From Candidatus Multivoradales bacterium (GTDB taxonomy: Bacteria; Acidobacteriota; Thermoanaerobaculia; Multivoradales; JAHEKO01), in the NCBI GenBank assembly GCA_965223855.1, contig CBDCXM010000009.1, positions 3,040,001-3,104,000 on the forward strand: 64,000 nt of DNA. Direction: 5' to 3'. Under the pieces are notes generated by a model. The model had not been told where the DNA came from. It saw nothing but the letters and a program-made list of their open reading frames with translations, and ran no database searches. The position numbers and the translations under genes were made by a program. Below, one piece after another: positions 1 through 9,612 of the stretch. Position 1 is the stretch's first letter. Each line of letters begins with the position of its first letter.

Positions 1-304
1 GCTCCGCCGCCGTGTCCGCAGCCACGCCGTGGAGCCGGACCTGAGGCCTTCCGCGATCGGAGTGCGTGACTTCCACCTGCCGGAAGCCGAGTCCGCCGTC
101 CCATCCGGTGCCGAGCGCCTTGAGCACCGCCTCCTTGGCCGCGAACAGACCTCCGATGTGCTGAGCCCGAGCGCTTCCCTGACGCCGGTTCTCTTCTCCG
201 GGACGGCAGATCCTCTCCACGAACCGAGCCCCATGGCGCGCGAGCACGTGCTCCATCCGCTCGACGGCGACGACGTCGATGCCGATCCCGGCGAGTCCGT
301 TCAT
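1..304 (-). CDS. acpS: holo-[acyl-carrier-protein] synthase (runs off window edge)
   Basis: Manual translation: MNGLAGIGIDVVAVERMEHVLARHGARFVERIC...HIGGLFAAKEAVLKALGTG, containing the GIGID and FAAKEA motifs; ATG overlaps the upstream stop (ATGA). Confidence 0.9.
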   Translation of the reverse strand, partial: MNGLAGIGIDVVAVERMEHVLARHGARFVERICRPGEENRRQGSARAQHIGGLFAAKEAVLKALGTGWDGGLGFRQVEVTHSDRGRPQVRLHGVAADTAAE

Positions 305-963
305 TTCGGGGCGAAGCACTCGAGGGCGGTTGGCAAGCGGGAGCCGGCTGGCGGAGTGGAGCCGGACGGAGAGTCGAAAGAGGCGCTGGAAGAAGTGTCG
401 GAAGCGGGATCGAAGAGCGAGATGCCGGCGACCCCCGCCGCACCTGCCCCGGCAATCTCGGGAAGGCGCCCTATTGTAACGCCCCCCAGGGCGTAGACCG
501 GGATGTCGCGTCGACACGCCTCCGCGAGGCCGGCCAGGCCGAGCCCGGTTCGCTCCGCGGGCTTGCTGAGCGGCGCGAAGACCGGGGCGAGGAGGACATA
601 GTCGACCCCTTCCGACACCGCTCGATCCACCCCGTCGAGATCGTGCACCGAACGCCCGATCGTGAGCGCCACATCGACCTCCCGGGCGACTTGCGCCGGC
701 ACACCCCTCTCCGGCAGATGCACACCACCGGCCCCGCCGGCCGCCGCCAGATCGGCTCTACCCGTGATCGACAGCAACAGATCGGGCCAGCGCCGGCGGG
801 TCGCCACCGCCACCTCAGCGACCTCGCGATCCGTCCAGTGCGGCTCTCGCAGCCGAAGCCAGCGGCCACCGAGACGGCGCACTCCCTCGACCCAGCGCGC
901 CCAGTCGTCGATCCCGCCGAGATGCCCCGGCGAGATAGCCTGCGCAGGTGGAAGCGGCCTCAC
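301..963 (-). CDS. thiE: thiamine phosphate synthase family protein (ThiE/TenI)
   Basis: Motifs GVHL, GRSVH, DYVLLAPVF, PVYALGGV; start placed at GTG 963, just after the upstream gene. Confidence 0.75.
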   Translation of the reverse strand: MRPLPPAQAISPGHLGGIDDWARWVEGVRRLGGRWLRLREPHWTDREVAEVAVATRRRWPDLLLSITGRADLAAAGGAGGVHLPERGVPAQVAREVDVALTIGRSVHDLDGVDRAVSEGVDYVLLAPVFAPLSKPAERTGLGLAGLAEACRRDIPVYALGGVTIGRLPEIAGAGAAGVAGISLFDPASDTSSSASFDSPSGSTPPAGSRLPTALECFAPK

Positions 964-979
964 GGAAGGGTGCCCCAGG

Positions 980-1234
980 CTAGGACTTGCGGGCGCCGAA
1001 CCACTCGCCCAGCAGCAGTTCGAGATCGTGAACGCCCCACACGAGGTGGACCACTCCGAAGCCGGTGACCGCTCCACGCAGGAGGGGGTTCAGACCGATC
1101 GCCCGCAACCCCATCGCCGGCACTTCCAGGAGATGCCGCTCCCACAGCGCCGACCACGGCATCAGGGCGAGGAACACCCCTGCCTCGACGCAGTAGAGAA
1201 CGAAAAGGAGCCGGAAGAACGATCCGCGCGACAC
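980..1234 (-). CDS. small membrane protein, hypothetical
   Basis: 84 aa with two hydrophobic helices; fits between neighbouring genes on the same strand. Confidence 0.65.
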   Translation of the reverse strand: MSRGSFFRLLFVLYCVEAGVFLALMPWSALWERHLLEVPAMGLRAIGLNPLLRGAVTGFGVVHLVWGVHDLELLLGEWFGARKS

Positions 1235-1268
1235 CGACGGATCATAGACGAACGGCTACGCGCGCGCG

Positions 1269-3602
1269 TCAGTTAGCAGGTGGGCGGCGACTCGATCGGC
1301 GGGAGCTGGACGACGATTCCCGGCCACCCGACCGGCGGCTGCCGGAATCGCGGCTGCCACGTGCCGAGGATCGCCGGGAAGAGCGCTCAGAAGAAGAGGC
1401 TCGAGACTCCGAGCGCTCGCGCGTCGATCCACGATCGGACGAGGCACGCGGCGGCTCGCTGCGGCGAGTGCTCGAACGCGTCGTCGAGTCACTGCTCCGC
1501 GAAGAGCGCTCCCGCGACGGCTCCGAAGCGCGGTCGGAATCTCCGCGGCGAAGGCGGTCGATCACCCGCCTGCCGACCGATTCCCGCTTCGTTGTGTAGC
1601 GGCCGGTGTCGTGGCGACCGGCGTCGTAACGCTTCGGCTCGTACCTCCCGGAGTCGACACGGCCCGTCTCGGCACGATCGGAGTCTCGACCGTCGCTACC
1701 GCGAGTGCGCACGGTCTCCCGCAGCCGGGTGGAGGAGCGACCCGACGGGGGCGAAGCCTCCGACGCTTCGCCGCGCCCATAGCGCCGCAGGTCCATCCGA
1801 TCCCGCGTGTCCGTGCGGCTCCGCGTCTCTTCGCGGCGGCTCTCGATGTCCGTCGCTTCCGGGCGCCCATGCCGCACGCGCCCCGTCACCGACCGCCGCT
1901 CTTCCGAGCGCTCGACCCGGACCCTGCCTCGCTCCACGGAGGCTTTCTCTCGTGTCCCGGGAAGCGAGCGGGCGAGACTCCGCCGGCCCCGCTCCGATTC
2001 GCTTTCGCTCCCGCGCACGACCTCTGCGCGCTTGCGAATCTCGGATCGGCTGTCGGAAGACCGGGCACCTGCGATCGCATCGGGCCGACCCCGGCGTGCG
2101 GAGCGCATATCGACGAGGGCAGTCGCCTCCGCCGTTTCCCGCCGCATCTCACGACGAGCGACGAACTCCGACACGTCTCGCAGCTCGCTGCGGGTCGTCC
2201 GCGCGTGAACCGCCTTGAGGCTCTGTTCCACGCGTCGCGGGTCCCTCAGCACGGAACGGTCGAGAGAGCGGGTGTCCGTCGCAAGCACACCTCTGGGAAT
2301 CTCCCGGTACGGCGCGTGGCGCCCCAGGTCTCGGCCGGAGCGAAAGTGGTCGCGGTAGCGCCCGCGGCCGAAGTAGCGGGTCGGGCAGAAGGTCCACTCG
2401 GCGAAGACGTTCCAGCCGCCACCTACCCATCCGTGAACCCCGAACCGCGGACCGACGCGGTAGCGGTGGCCGTGAGGGGCGTAGTGGGCCGTGTAGTAAC
2501 CCGAAGGCACCCACGCCACGTGGCTCGGCCCCCAGTACCAGTAGACCCATGCCGGCGCGTAGGAAGCCCCGGCGAACCAGATCCAGCCGTGCCCCGGAAC
2601 GAGGTCCCAGGTGCCGTAGTGGTACGGCACCCAGCCCCACGGCTCGGAGGAGACCCAGGTCAGCCCGGCCGGAGTGTAGACCCAGGAGCCGAGAGAGTAC
2701 GGGCGCCAGTCCGAGCCTACCCAAGGCCTCCAACCACGGCGGCCGCCGACGTCGACCCAGGAGCCGTAGCGCTCCATGCGGGCCGCGCGGTAGCGCAGGT
2801 TCGGTTCGACCTCCGGCACCGAGGCGAGTCTCGCCTCGGCCTCGAGATCGCTTCCCCAGGCCTCGAGCCCGCTCAGACGAGGCGCCCGGTCACGGTCGAT
2901 CGAGAGCCACTCCCGCCCGGTGAGAGTCACGCTCTCACCCGCACGCAGCAGCATCGACCCCTCGTCGGTCAGCACTTCGGCCGACCCCTCGCGGACCACC
3001 AGCTCACTGCGGTCGGTACCCGAAACGGAAACCAGGTAGCGACCCGGCGCACGGAGAAAGAACACCGTGTTGGGTGCCTCGACCTCGAGTTCCGATCCCG
3101 TCGCCATGAACTCGCCCAGCACCCACTGAGCGTCGCCTCGATCGAGCCGCACGCGGCTTCGAGAATCCTGGGAGTCCGCCGTGCCGGCCAACTGGTCGAA
3201 GAGCACCTCGGCCGGGCCTTCGAGACGGGCGATCGTCCCGTCCGCCAGCACTGCCTCGACTCGACCGCTGCCGTGAACCGACATCCAGTCGCCGGGAGCA
3301 ATCGGCTGATTCTCCGTCAGCTCGAAGGTCTCACCGTCGTGTCCCGCCTCGATCGTGCCACTCGCTTCCACGGTGCGCAGATAGGAGTACGCGTCATCCT
3401 GCCCGGCCTGCCAGTCCTGTCCAGCCTGCCAGTCCTGTCCAGCCTGCCAGTCCTGCCCGGACGCAACGCTCCAGGCGGTGACGGCCAGCAGCCCTCCCAG
3501 CAGGAGTGCCAGGAGGGGGCGCGTCGCAGGCCGGATCGCCGCAACCGGCGAAGCCGGCGTCGGAAGAGGGTGCCGCGGTAGAGGGTCTCGGGTCGCTCGC
3601 AT
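1269..3602 (-). CDS. exported FecR-domain / DUF6600-like protein with Arg/Ser-rich tail
   Basis: Signal peptide, FecR-like beta region, Trp/Tyr/Pro-rich segment (WRPY, EPWGWVPYHYGTW), long low-complexity R/S tail. Confidence 0.8.
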   Translation of the reverse strand: MRATRDPLPRHPLPTPASPVAAIRPATRPLLALLLGGLLAVTAWSVASGQDWQAGQDWQAGQDWQAGQDDAYSYLRTVEASGTIEAGHDGETFELTENQPIAPGDWMSVHGSGRVEAVLADGTIARLEGPAEVLFDQLAGTADSQDSRSRVRLDRGDAQWVLGEFMATGSELEVEAPNTVFFLRAPGRYLVSVSGTDRSELVVREGSAEVLTDEGSMLLRAGESVTLTGREWLSIDRDRAPRLSGLEAWGSDLEAEARLASVPEVEPNLRYRAARMERYGSWVDVGGRRGWRPWVGSDWRPYSLGSWVYTPAGLTWVSSEPWGWVPYHYGTWDLVPGHGWIWFAGASYAPAWVYWYWGPSHVAWVPSGYYTAHYAPHGHRYRVGPRFGVHGWVGGGWNVFAEWTFCPTRYFGRGRYRDHFRSGRDLGRHAPYREIPRGVLATDTRSLDRSVLRDPRRVEQSLKAVHARTTRSELRDVSEFVARREMRRETAEATALVDMRSARRGRPDAIAGARSSDSRSEIRKRAEVVRGSESESERGRRSLARSLPGTREKASVERGRVRVERSEERRSVTGRVRHGRPEATDIESRREETRSRTDTRDRMDLRRYGRGEASEASPPSGRSSTRLRETVRTRGSDGRDSDRAETGRVDSGRYEPKRYDAGRHDTGRYTTKRESVGRRVIDRLRRGDSDRASEPSRERSSRSSDSTTRSSTRRSEPPRASSDRGSTRERSESRASSSERSSRRSSARGSRDSGSRRSGGRESSSSSRRSSRRPPAN
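3397..3460. repeat. 18-bp in-frame tandem repeat (about 3.5 copies, encodes GQDWQA)
   Basis: Unit tcctgYccRgcctgccag repeated directly. Confidence 0.9.
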
Positions 3603-3779
3603 GGCTGTCTCCCTTCAGGAGTCTCGCGGCTCGATGGTGCCGCACGCCAGGAGATACAGCAAGTTCGCTGCCAGCCGGCCCGCCCCCGCCCGACCGACGA
3701 CCCTGCCCGTCGCGACTGATACTCTGCGCCTGGCGGTGCGCCGAAGTTTCGGCGACCGTCCTCTCGAGAGAACACCCTG

Positions 3780-4652
3780 GTGAAGAACTGGCTGCGCAAG
3801 GGCACACGGGGCGGCAACGAGGCGTCCCGGGAGCTCACTGTCGACGAACTCGTCTCCCTAGGGCGTCTCGAGGATGCGAGGCAAATGCTGGAGGAGCGAG
3901 TCAAGGGCTCGAGCCGCGACCGGCGCTCGCTAGTCAAGCTGGCGGAGGTGCTGCTGGCGCTCGAACGCAAGGACGAGTCTCTGGAGCTCTACGAAGCCGC
4001 CGCCAAGAGCTACGCTGCGGACGGCTTTCACGACCGGGGCATCGCCGTCCTGAGGAAGATGCTGAAGATCGCTCCCGGCCACCCTCGCGCCGCGATCTCG
4101 ATCGACCAGCTCGAGCAGGCCAAGCGGCTCGAGGCGAAGCGTGCCATCGTCCACCGCAATCTGAGCCGCACCACAGACACCGGAGCGCGCGGCTTCGACT
4201 CCCTCCAACTGGCGCAGTCGTGGCGCAACCTCTCCAAGAGCCCGCTGGTCAGGAATCTGGAGACGAATCTCCTCGGTCGGCTCTTCGCCCAGTTGAAGCC
4301 GCGCGATTTCGACCCGCAGGAAGAAATCGTCGCCCGCAAGGACGAGTTGGAAGAGCTCTTCGTCGTCGCGGAGGGCAGCGTCGAGGTCATCGAGAAGCGT
4401 GCCGACGGCGCACCGATCGTCCTGCGCACCTACGAGGCGGGTGACGTCTTCGGCGAGTCGGCGCTGCTGGAACACCAACCGTGGGCAGCGGCGCATCGCG
4501 CGCAGGGCTCGACACGACTGCTGTGTCTCGACCGCGATGGGCTGACGAAGCTGCTCCCCGGGCTCGAGGATCCGAGGGGTTTCCTCGACAGCCTCCGCAC
4601 CCAGGGCAACGACGCCTCGCTCGCCGAGATGGTCGGGCAGCGCTCCTCCTGA
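3780..4652 (+). CDS. TPR-like plus cyclic-nucleotide-binding domain protein
   Basis: N-terminal helical repeats; C-terminal cNMP motif (LFVVAEGSVEV...GDVFGESALL). Confidence 0.8.
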   Translation: MKNWLRKGTRGGNEASRELTVDELVSLGRLEDARQMLEERVKGSSRDRRSLVKLAEVLLALERKDESLELYEAAAKSYAADGFHDRGIAVLRKMLKIAPGHPRAAISIDQLEQAKRLEAKRAIVHRNLSRTTDTGARGFDSLQLAQSWRNLSKSPLVRNLETNLLGRLFAQLKPRDFDPQEEIVARKDELEELFVVAEGSVEVIEKRADGAPIVLRTYEAGDVFGESALLEHQPWAAAHRAQGSTRLLCLDRDGLTKLLPGLEDPRGFLDSLRTQGNDASLAEMVGQRSS

Positions 4653-5173
4653 TGGCCGTCCTCCCGATCAGGCTCTACCCGGATCCGGTCCTGAGACAGG
4701 TCGTCGATCCGGTCTCGGAGTTCGACGACGAACTGCGCCGGCTCGCCCGCGACATGACAGAGACGATGTACGCCGCACCGGGCGTCGGTCTGGCGGCACC
4801 CCAGGTCGGCATCTCGAAGAGTCTCGCCGTCGTCGACGTGACGGTTGGCGAAGAGGAGGGCGCTCTGCTCGTCCTCGTCAATCCGGAGATCGTGGGCGAC
4901 GACGGCCGTGACACCGACCTCGAGGGGTGCCTGTCGATCCCTGACTACACCGAGAAGGTCGAGCGCCCGCTGCGCATCGGCGTGCGGTCACAGCGTCTCG
5001 ACGGCAGCCGCTTCGAGTTCGAGGCCGAGGGTTTCCTCGCCCGCGCGATCTGTCACGAGATCGACCACTTGCACGGTATTCTCTTCATCGATCGCCTTCG
5101 AGGACTGCGCAGGGAGAGGGGACGCAGAGTCCTCAAGCGCCTCAGGCGATCGTCCGCGGAGATCACGGCATGA
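4652..5173 (+). CDS. def: peptide deformylase
   Basis: GVGLAAPQVG, EGCLS and HEIDHLHG motifs. Confidence 0.97.
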   Translation: MAVLPIRLYPDPVLRQVVDPVSEFDDELRRLARDMTETMYAAPGVGLAAPQVGISKSLAVVDVTVGEEEGALLVLVNPEIVGDDGRDTDLEGCLSIPDYTEKVERPLRIGVRSQRLDGSRFEFEAEGFLARAICHEIDHLHGILFIDRLRGLRRERGRRVLKRLRRSSAEITA

Positions 5174-5745
5174 GACCACTTTCGAAAGCAGCAGCGGCGA
5201 TCCTCGGCGTGGCGGTGGCGATCGCCGCTCCCGGTTGCGGTGGCGGAGGCGGTGGCGGCGGCTCCACACCGCCGACCGACCCGCCACCGCCCACACGAAG
5301 CCTGATGTGGAGTTCGAACGCTCCTGGCAGCGGTCAGACGGTCTACCTCGACGTTCGCGATGTCAGCAACGTCGACCGCTTCGTGCTCCAGGTCCGCATC
5401 AGCGGAGGCGGAGACCTCTACGGGGTCGCCTTCGACATCGTCTTCCCGAGCGATCTCGTCTCGTTCGATGAGGCAGGAGTCGAAGAGGGCAACTTCCTTC
5501 CGGGGTCCTCGTTCGACACCGAGCTCCAGATCGCAGAGAGCCCGGCCGGCAACCTCGTCGTCGGCTACACCCGTGTCGGCGACGTCAGAGGGCGCAACGG
5601 CAACGGCCTGCTGCTCGAGCTCCCGTTCACCACCACACAGAGCGGAACGGCCGCCTTCCAACTCGATCCCGGTGGGGCGTTCGACAGCGGCGGCGGCGCT
5701 CAGCCCACCGACTGGCTCGGTGGCGAGCTCACCATCCGCCGCTGA
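5170..5745 (+). CDS. lipoprotein with cohesin-like beta-sandwich domain
   Basis: Lipobox-like APGC, Gly/Pro linker, then a YGVAFDIVFP...GLLLELPF beta-strand pattern. Confidence 0.65.
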   Translation: MRPLSKAAAAILGVAVAIAAPGCGGGGGGGGSTPPTDPPPPTRSLMWSSNAPGSGQTVYLDVRDVSNVDRFVLQVRISGGGDLYGVAFDIVFPSDLVSFDEAGVEEGNFLPGSSFDTELQIAESPAGNLVVGYTRVGDVRGRNGNGLLLELPFTTTQSGTAAFQLDPGGAFDSGGGAQPTDWLGGELTIRR

Positions 5746-5777
5746 ACCGGCGCCCGTCGTTACCTCTGGAGGCTCCG

Positions 5778-7201
<1,424 letters not shown>

Positions 7202-7205
<4 letters not shown>

Positions 7206-7585
7206 GCCGGCCACGCTGGCGGGGAAGCTCACACCAGCGCGGTCGCGCCGCCGAGGACGCCGCCACGCGCTGGCTCGAACGTCGCGGCTACCGGATCGTC
7301 GAGCGCAACGTCCGCACCGCAGCGGGAGAGATCGACCTCGTCGCCGTCGACGGCGAGACGCTGTGCTTCATCGAGGTCAAGGCCCGCCAGGGCGATCGGT
7401 ACGGGCGTGCGGTGGGGTCGCTCGGCTTGCGTCAGCAGGGGAGACTCGCGCGGGCCGCGGCGCTCTTCCTTGCCGGACACGATTGGGACGGACCCTGCCG
7501 CTTCGACGTCGTCGGCCTCGAAAGGGGCCCGCAGGGATGGTCGTTCGAGCTCGTCGCCGACGCCTTCGAAGCGCCCCCCGGGTAG
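7202..7585 (+). CDS. YraN family (UPF0102) protein
   Basis: GRAAE, GEIDLVA, FIEVKAR and RFDVV motifs. Confidence 0.9.
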
Positions 7586-7622
7586 AGGGCGCGGACGTCT
7601 CACGACCGCCGCCCGGGCGTTC

Positions 7623-7651
7623 TTGACACCCCGCTGGCGCCTCACTATCCT
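7623..7651 (+). promoter_or_regulatory. sigma70-type promoter of the tRNA-Gly/tRNA-Cys pair
   Basis: TTGACA (7623-7628), 17-bp spacer, TATCCT (7646-7651). Confidence 0.75.
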
Positions 7652-7663
7652 TACCAGCCGCGA

Positions 7664-7738
7664 GCGGGAATAGCTCAGTGGTAGAGCACAACCTTGCCAA
7701 GGTTGGGGTCGCGGGTTCAAATCCCGTTTCCCGCTCCA
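7664..7738 (+). tRNA. tRNA-Gly(GCC)
   Basis: GCGGGAATAGCTCAG...CTTGCCAAGG...GGTTCAAATCC...CTCCA cloverleaf with encoded CCA. Confidence 0.97.
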
Positions 7739-7786
7739 TTCACCGGACGCACCGGGGCCGCGAGGCGGCCCCGTTCTCTCGTTTCG

Positions 7787-7861
7787 GGCGACGTGGCCAA
7801 GTGGTAAGGCAAGGGTCTGCAAAACCCTCATTCGCCGGTTCGATTCCGGCCGTCGCCTCCA
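7787..7861 (+). tRNA. tRNA-Cys(GCA)
   Basis: GGCGACG acceptor stem, anticodon loop CTGCAAA, T-loop GGTTCGATTCC, CCA end. Confidence 0.97.
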
Positions 7862-7947
7862 TGCGACCGTCCGAGTCGTAAACCCCGGGAAGAGAGTACG
7901 AGCCCGGGCTTCTGATACCGTCTCCACCGTTCCCACGGAGACCGACC

Positions 7948-9399
7948 ATGCGCGTAGCCATGCTCAAGCCGCCGATCGGCGGCATCCTCGGCCTCGAGAT
8001 GCTCACGTTCGTCGAGCCGCTCGGCTTTCTTTGCATCGCCGGCGGGGTGGAGGAGCTCGGTCACGAGTGCAAGATCTTCGATCTGAGGATCGACGGCCTC
8101 GAGCCCGGACTCGAGGCGACGGTCGCGTTTGCTCCCGACGTCGTCGGGCTGCAGTGCAACTTCACCACCGAGCGGTTCCGCACCCTCGATCTGGCGCGCC
8201 GGGTTCGCGAACTGCTGCCCGAGGCGTTCGTCGTCGTCGGTGGCCATGACAGCTCGCGCGAGCCGGAGTGGTTCGAGCGCGAGGAGTTCGACGCCGTGGC
8301 GATCGGCGATGGGGAAGAGGTCTTCCCGCACCTGATCGACGCCCTCGAGCGCGGGAGCGACCCTGCAGAGGTCGCGGGCCTGCGCGTTCGCAGCGGCCGG
8401 GATTGGGTGACCACCGGGCCGGCGCCGGCGCGGCGCGACCTCGACACCCTGCCGATGCCGGCAAGGCACCTGATCCCGCACTACGCGCCCCACTATTACA
8501 TCAACTTCCGCAAGCCGCTCGCGTTGATGGAAACGGCGAGAGGCTGCCCCTTCAAGTGCAACTTCTGCTCGGTTTGGAAGTTCCACGAGAGCACATTCCG
8601 CGAGAAGTCGGCCGCCCGCGTGGTCGCCGAGCTCGAGCAGATCGAAGCGGACAACATCTTCATCACCGACGACATCTTCTGGCTCGATCGCAAGCGTGGG
8701 GAAGAGCTCGCCCTCGCCATCAAGGAAGCGGGAATCCGCAAGTACTTCACCGTTCAGACCCGGACCGACATCATCGTCAAGTTCCCGCACCTGATCGAGA
8801 TGTGGAAGGACTGCGGCGACCTGGCGATCTTCCTAGGCCTCGAAGCGGTGACCGACGAAGGGCTCGACTCGGTCAACAAGTCGAACACGGCGGACAACAA
8901 CGTCCGTGCGATCGAGATTCTCAAAGATCTCCAGGTCGGCTTCACTCCGAACTTCATCGTCGATCCCGGCTGGGAGCGCGAGGACTTCGCGCGGCTCAAG
9001 GACTGGATCTCGGACCAGGGGGCCTACAACAGCGGCTTCTCGGTGCTGACCCCGCTCCCTGGGACCGACCTCTGGGACGAAGCGAAAGCGCAGGTCACGA
9101 CTCACGACTGGGAGATGTACGACATCATCCACACCGTGCTGCCGACCAGGCTTCCGCTCGACGAGTTCTACGCTGAGTACTCGGCGCTGTGGCGGCACGC
9201 CCTCGACGTGCGCTACCGGATGCGGGGCAAAGCCCGCACCTACGTGCAGCTGGGCGCGGCGCTGGCGACCGGCAAGGTGAGCCTGGGCGCCGTGCGCAAG
9301 GGGATGAACATCGCCAAGGTGTTCAGCAAGCCCGAGACGTTCCTCGAAGCGCATCGTGAGCGCAACATCGGTACGGTGCCGCTCGGCGTTCAGGGCTGA
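7948..9399 (+). CDS. B12-binding radical SAM methyltransferase (HpnR-like)
   Basis: N-terminal cobalamin-binding domain (EPLG, VVVGGH) and CxxxCxxC motif (RGCPFKCNFC). Confidence 0.85.
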   Translation: MRVAMLKPPIGGILGLEMLTFVEPLGFLCIAGGVEELGHECKIFDLRIDGLEPGLEATVAFAPDVVGLQCNFTTERFRTLDLARRVRELLPEAFVVVGGHDSSREPEWFEREEFDAVAIGDGEEVFPHLIDALERGSDPAEVAGLRVRSGRDWVTTGPAPARRDLDTLPMPARHLIPHYAPHYYINFRKPLALMETARGCPFKCNFCSVWKFHESTFREKSAARVVAELEQIEADNIFITDDIFWLDRKRGEELALAIKEAGIRKYFTVQTRTDIIVKFPHLIEMWKDCGDLAIFLGLEAVTDEGLDSVNKSNTADNNVRAIEILKDLQVGFTPNFIVDPGWEREDFARLKDWISDQGAYNSGFSVLTPLPGTDLWDEAKAQVTTHDWEMYDIIHTVLPTRLPLDEFYAEYSALWRHALDVRYRMRGKARTYVQLGAALATGKVSLGAVRKGMNIAKVFSKPETFLEAHRERNIGTVPLGVQG

Positions 9400-9444
9400 G
9401 GCGTTCAGAGCCGAGGCGTTCAGGGCTCAAGCGCTCAGGGCTGA
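9385..9444. repeat. 15-bp tandem repeat, 4 copies, overlapping a stop codon
   Basis: ggcgttcagggctga / ggcgttcagagccga / ggcgttcagggctca / agcgctcagggctga. Confidence 0.85.
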
Positions 9445-9559
9445 GCGGTCGCGGCCGACTCGAGCACCGCGATCCTGACTGCAGTTTCTCTGGGTCGGCC
9501 TGACCCGGCCGAGTCCGATGCGCGGGCTTCGCAACGCCGGATGGGCAAGGCCCGGCAAG

Positions 9560-9590
9560 AAAAAGGGCGACCCCCGAGGGAGTCGCCCTG
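9560..9590 (-). terminator. intrinsic terminator after the peptidase gene
   Basis: Hairpin agggcgac..gtcgccct followed by a U-tract on the minus strand. Confidence 0.7.
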
Positions 9591-9612
9591 AAAGGAAGCA
9601 GTAGGGGAACGA

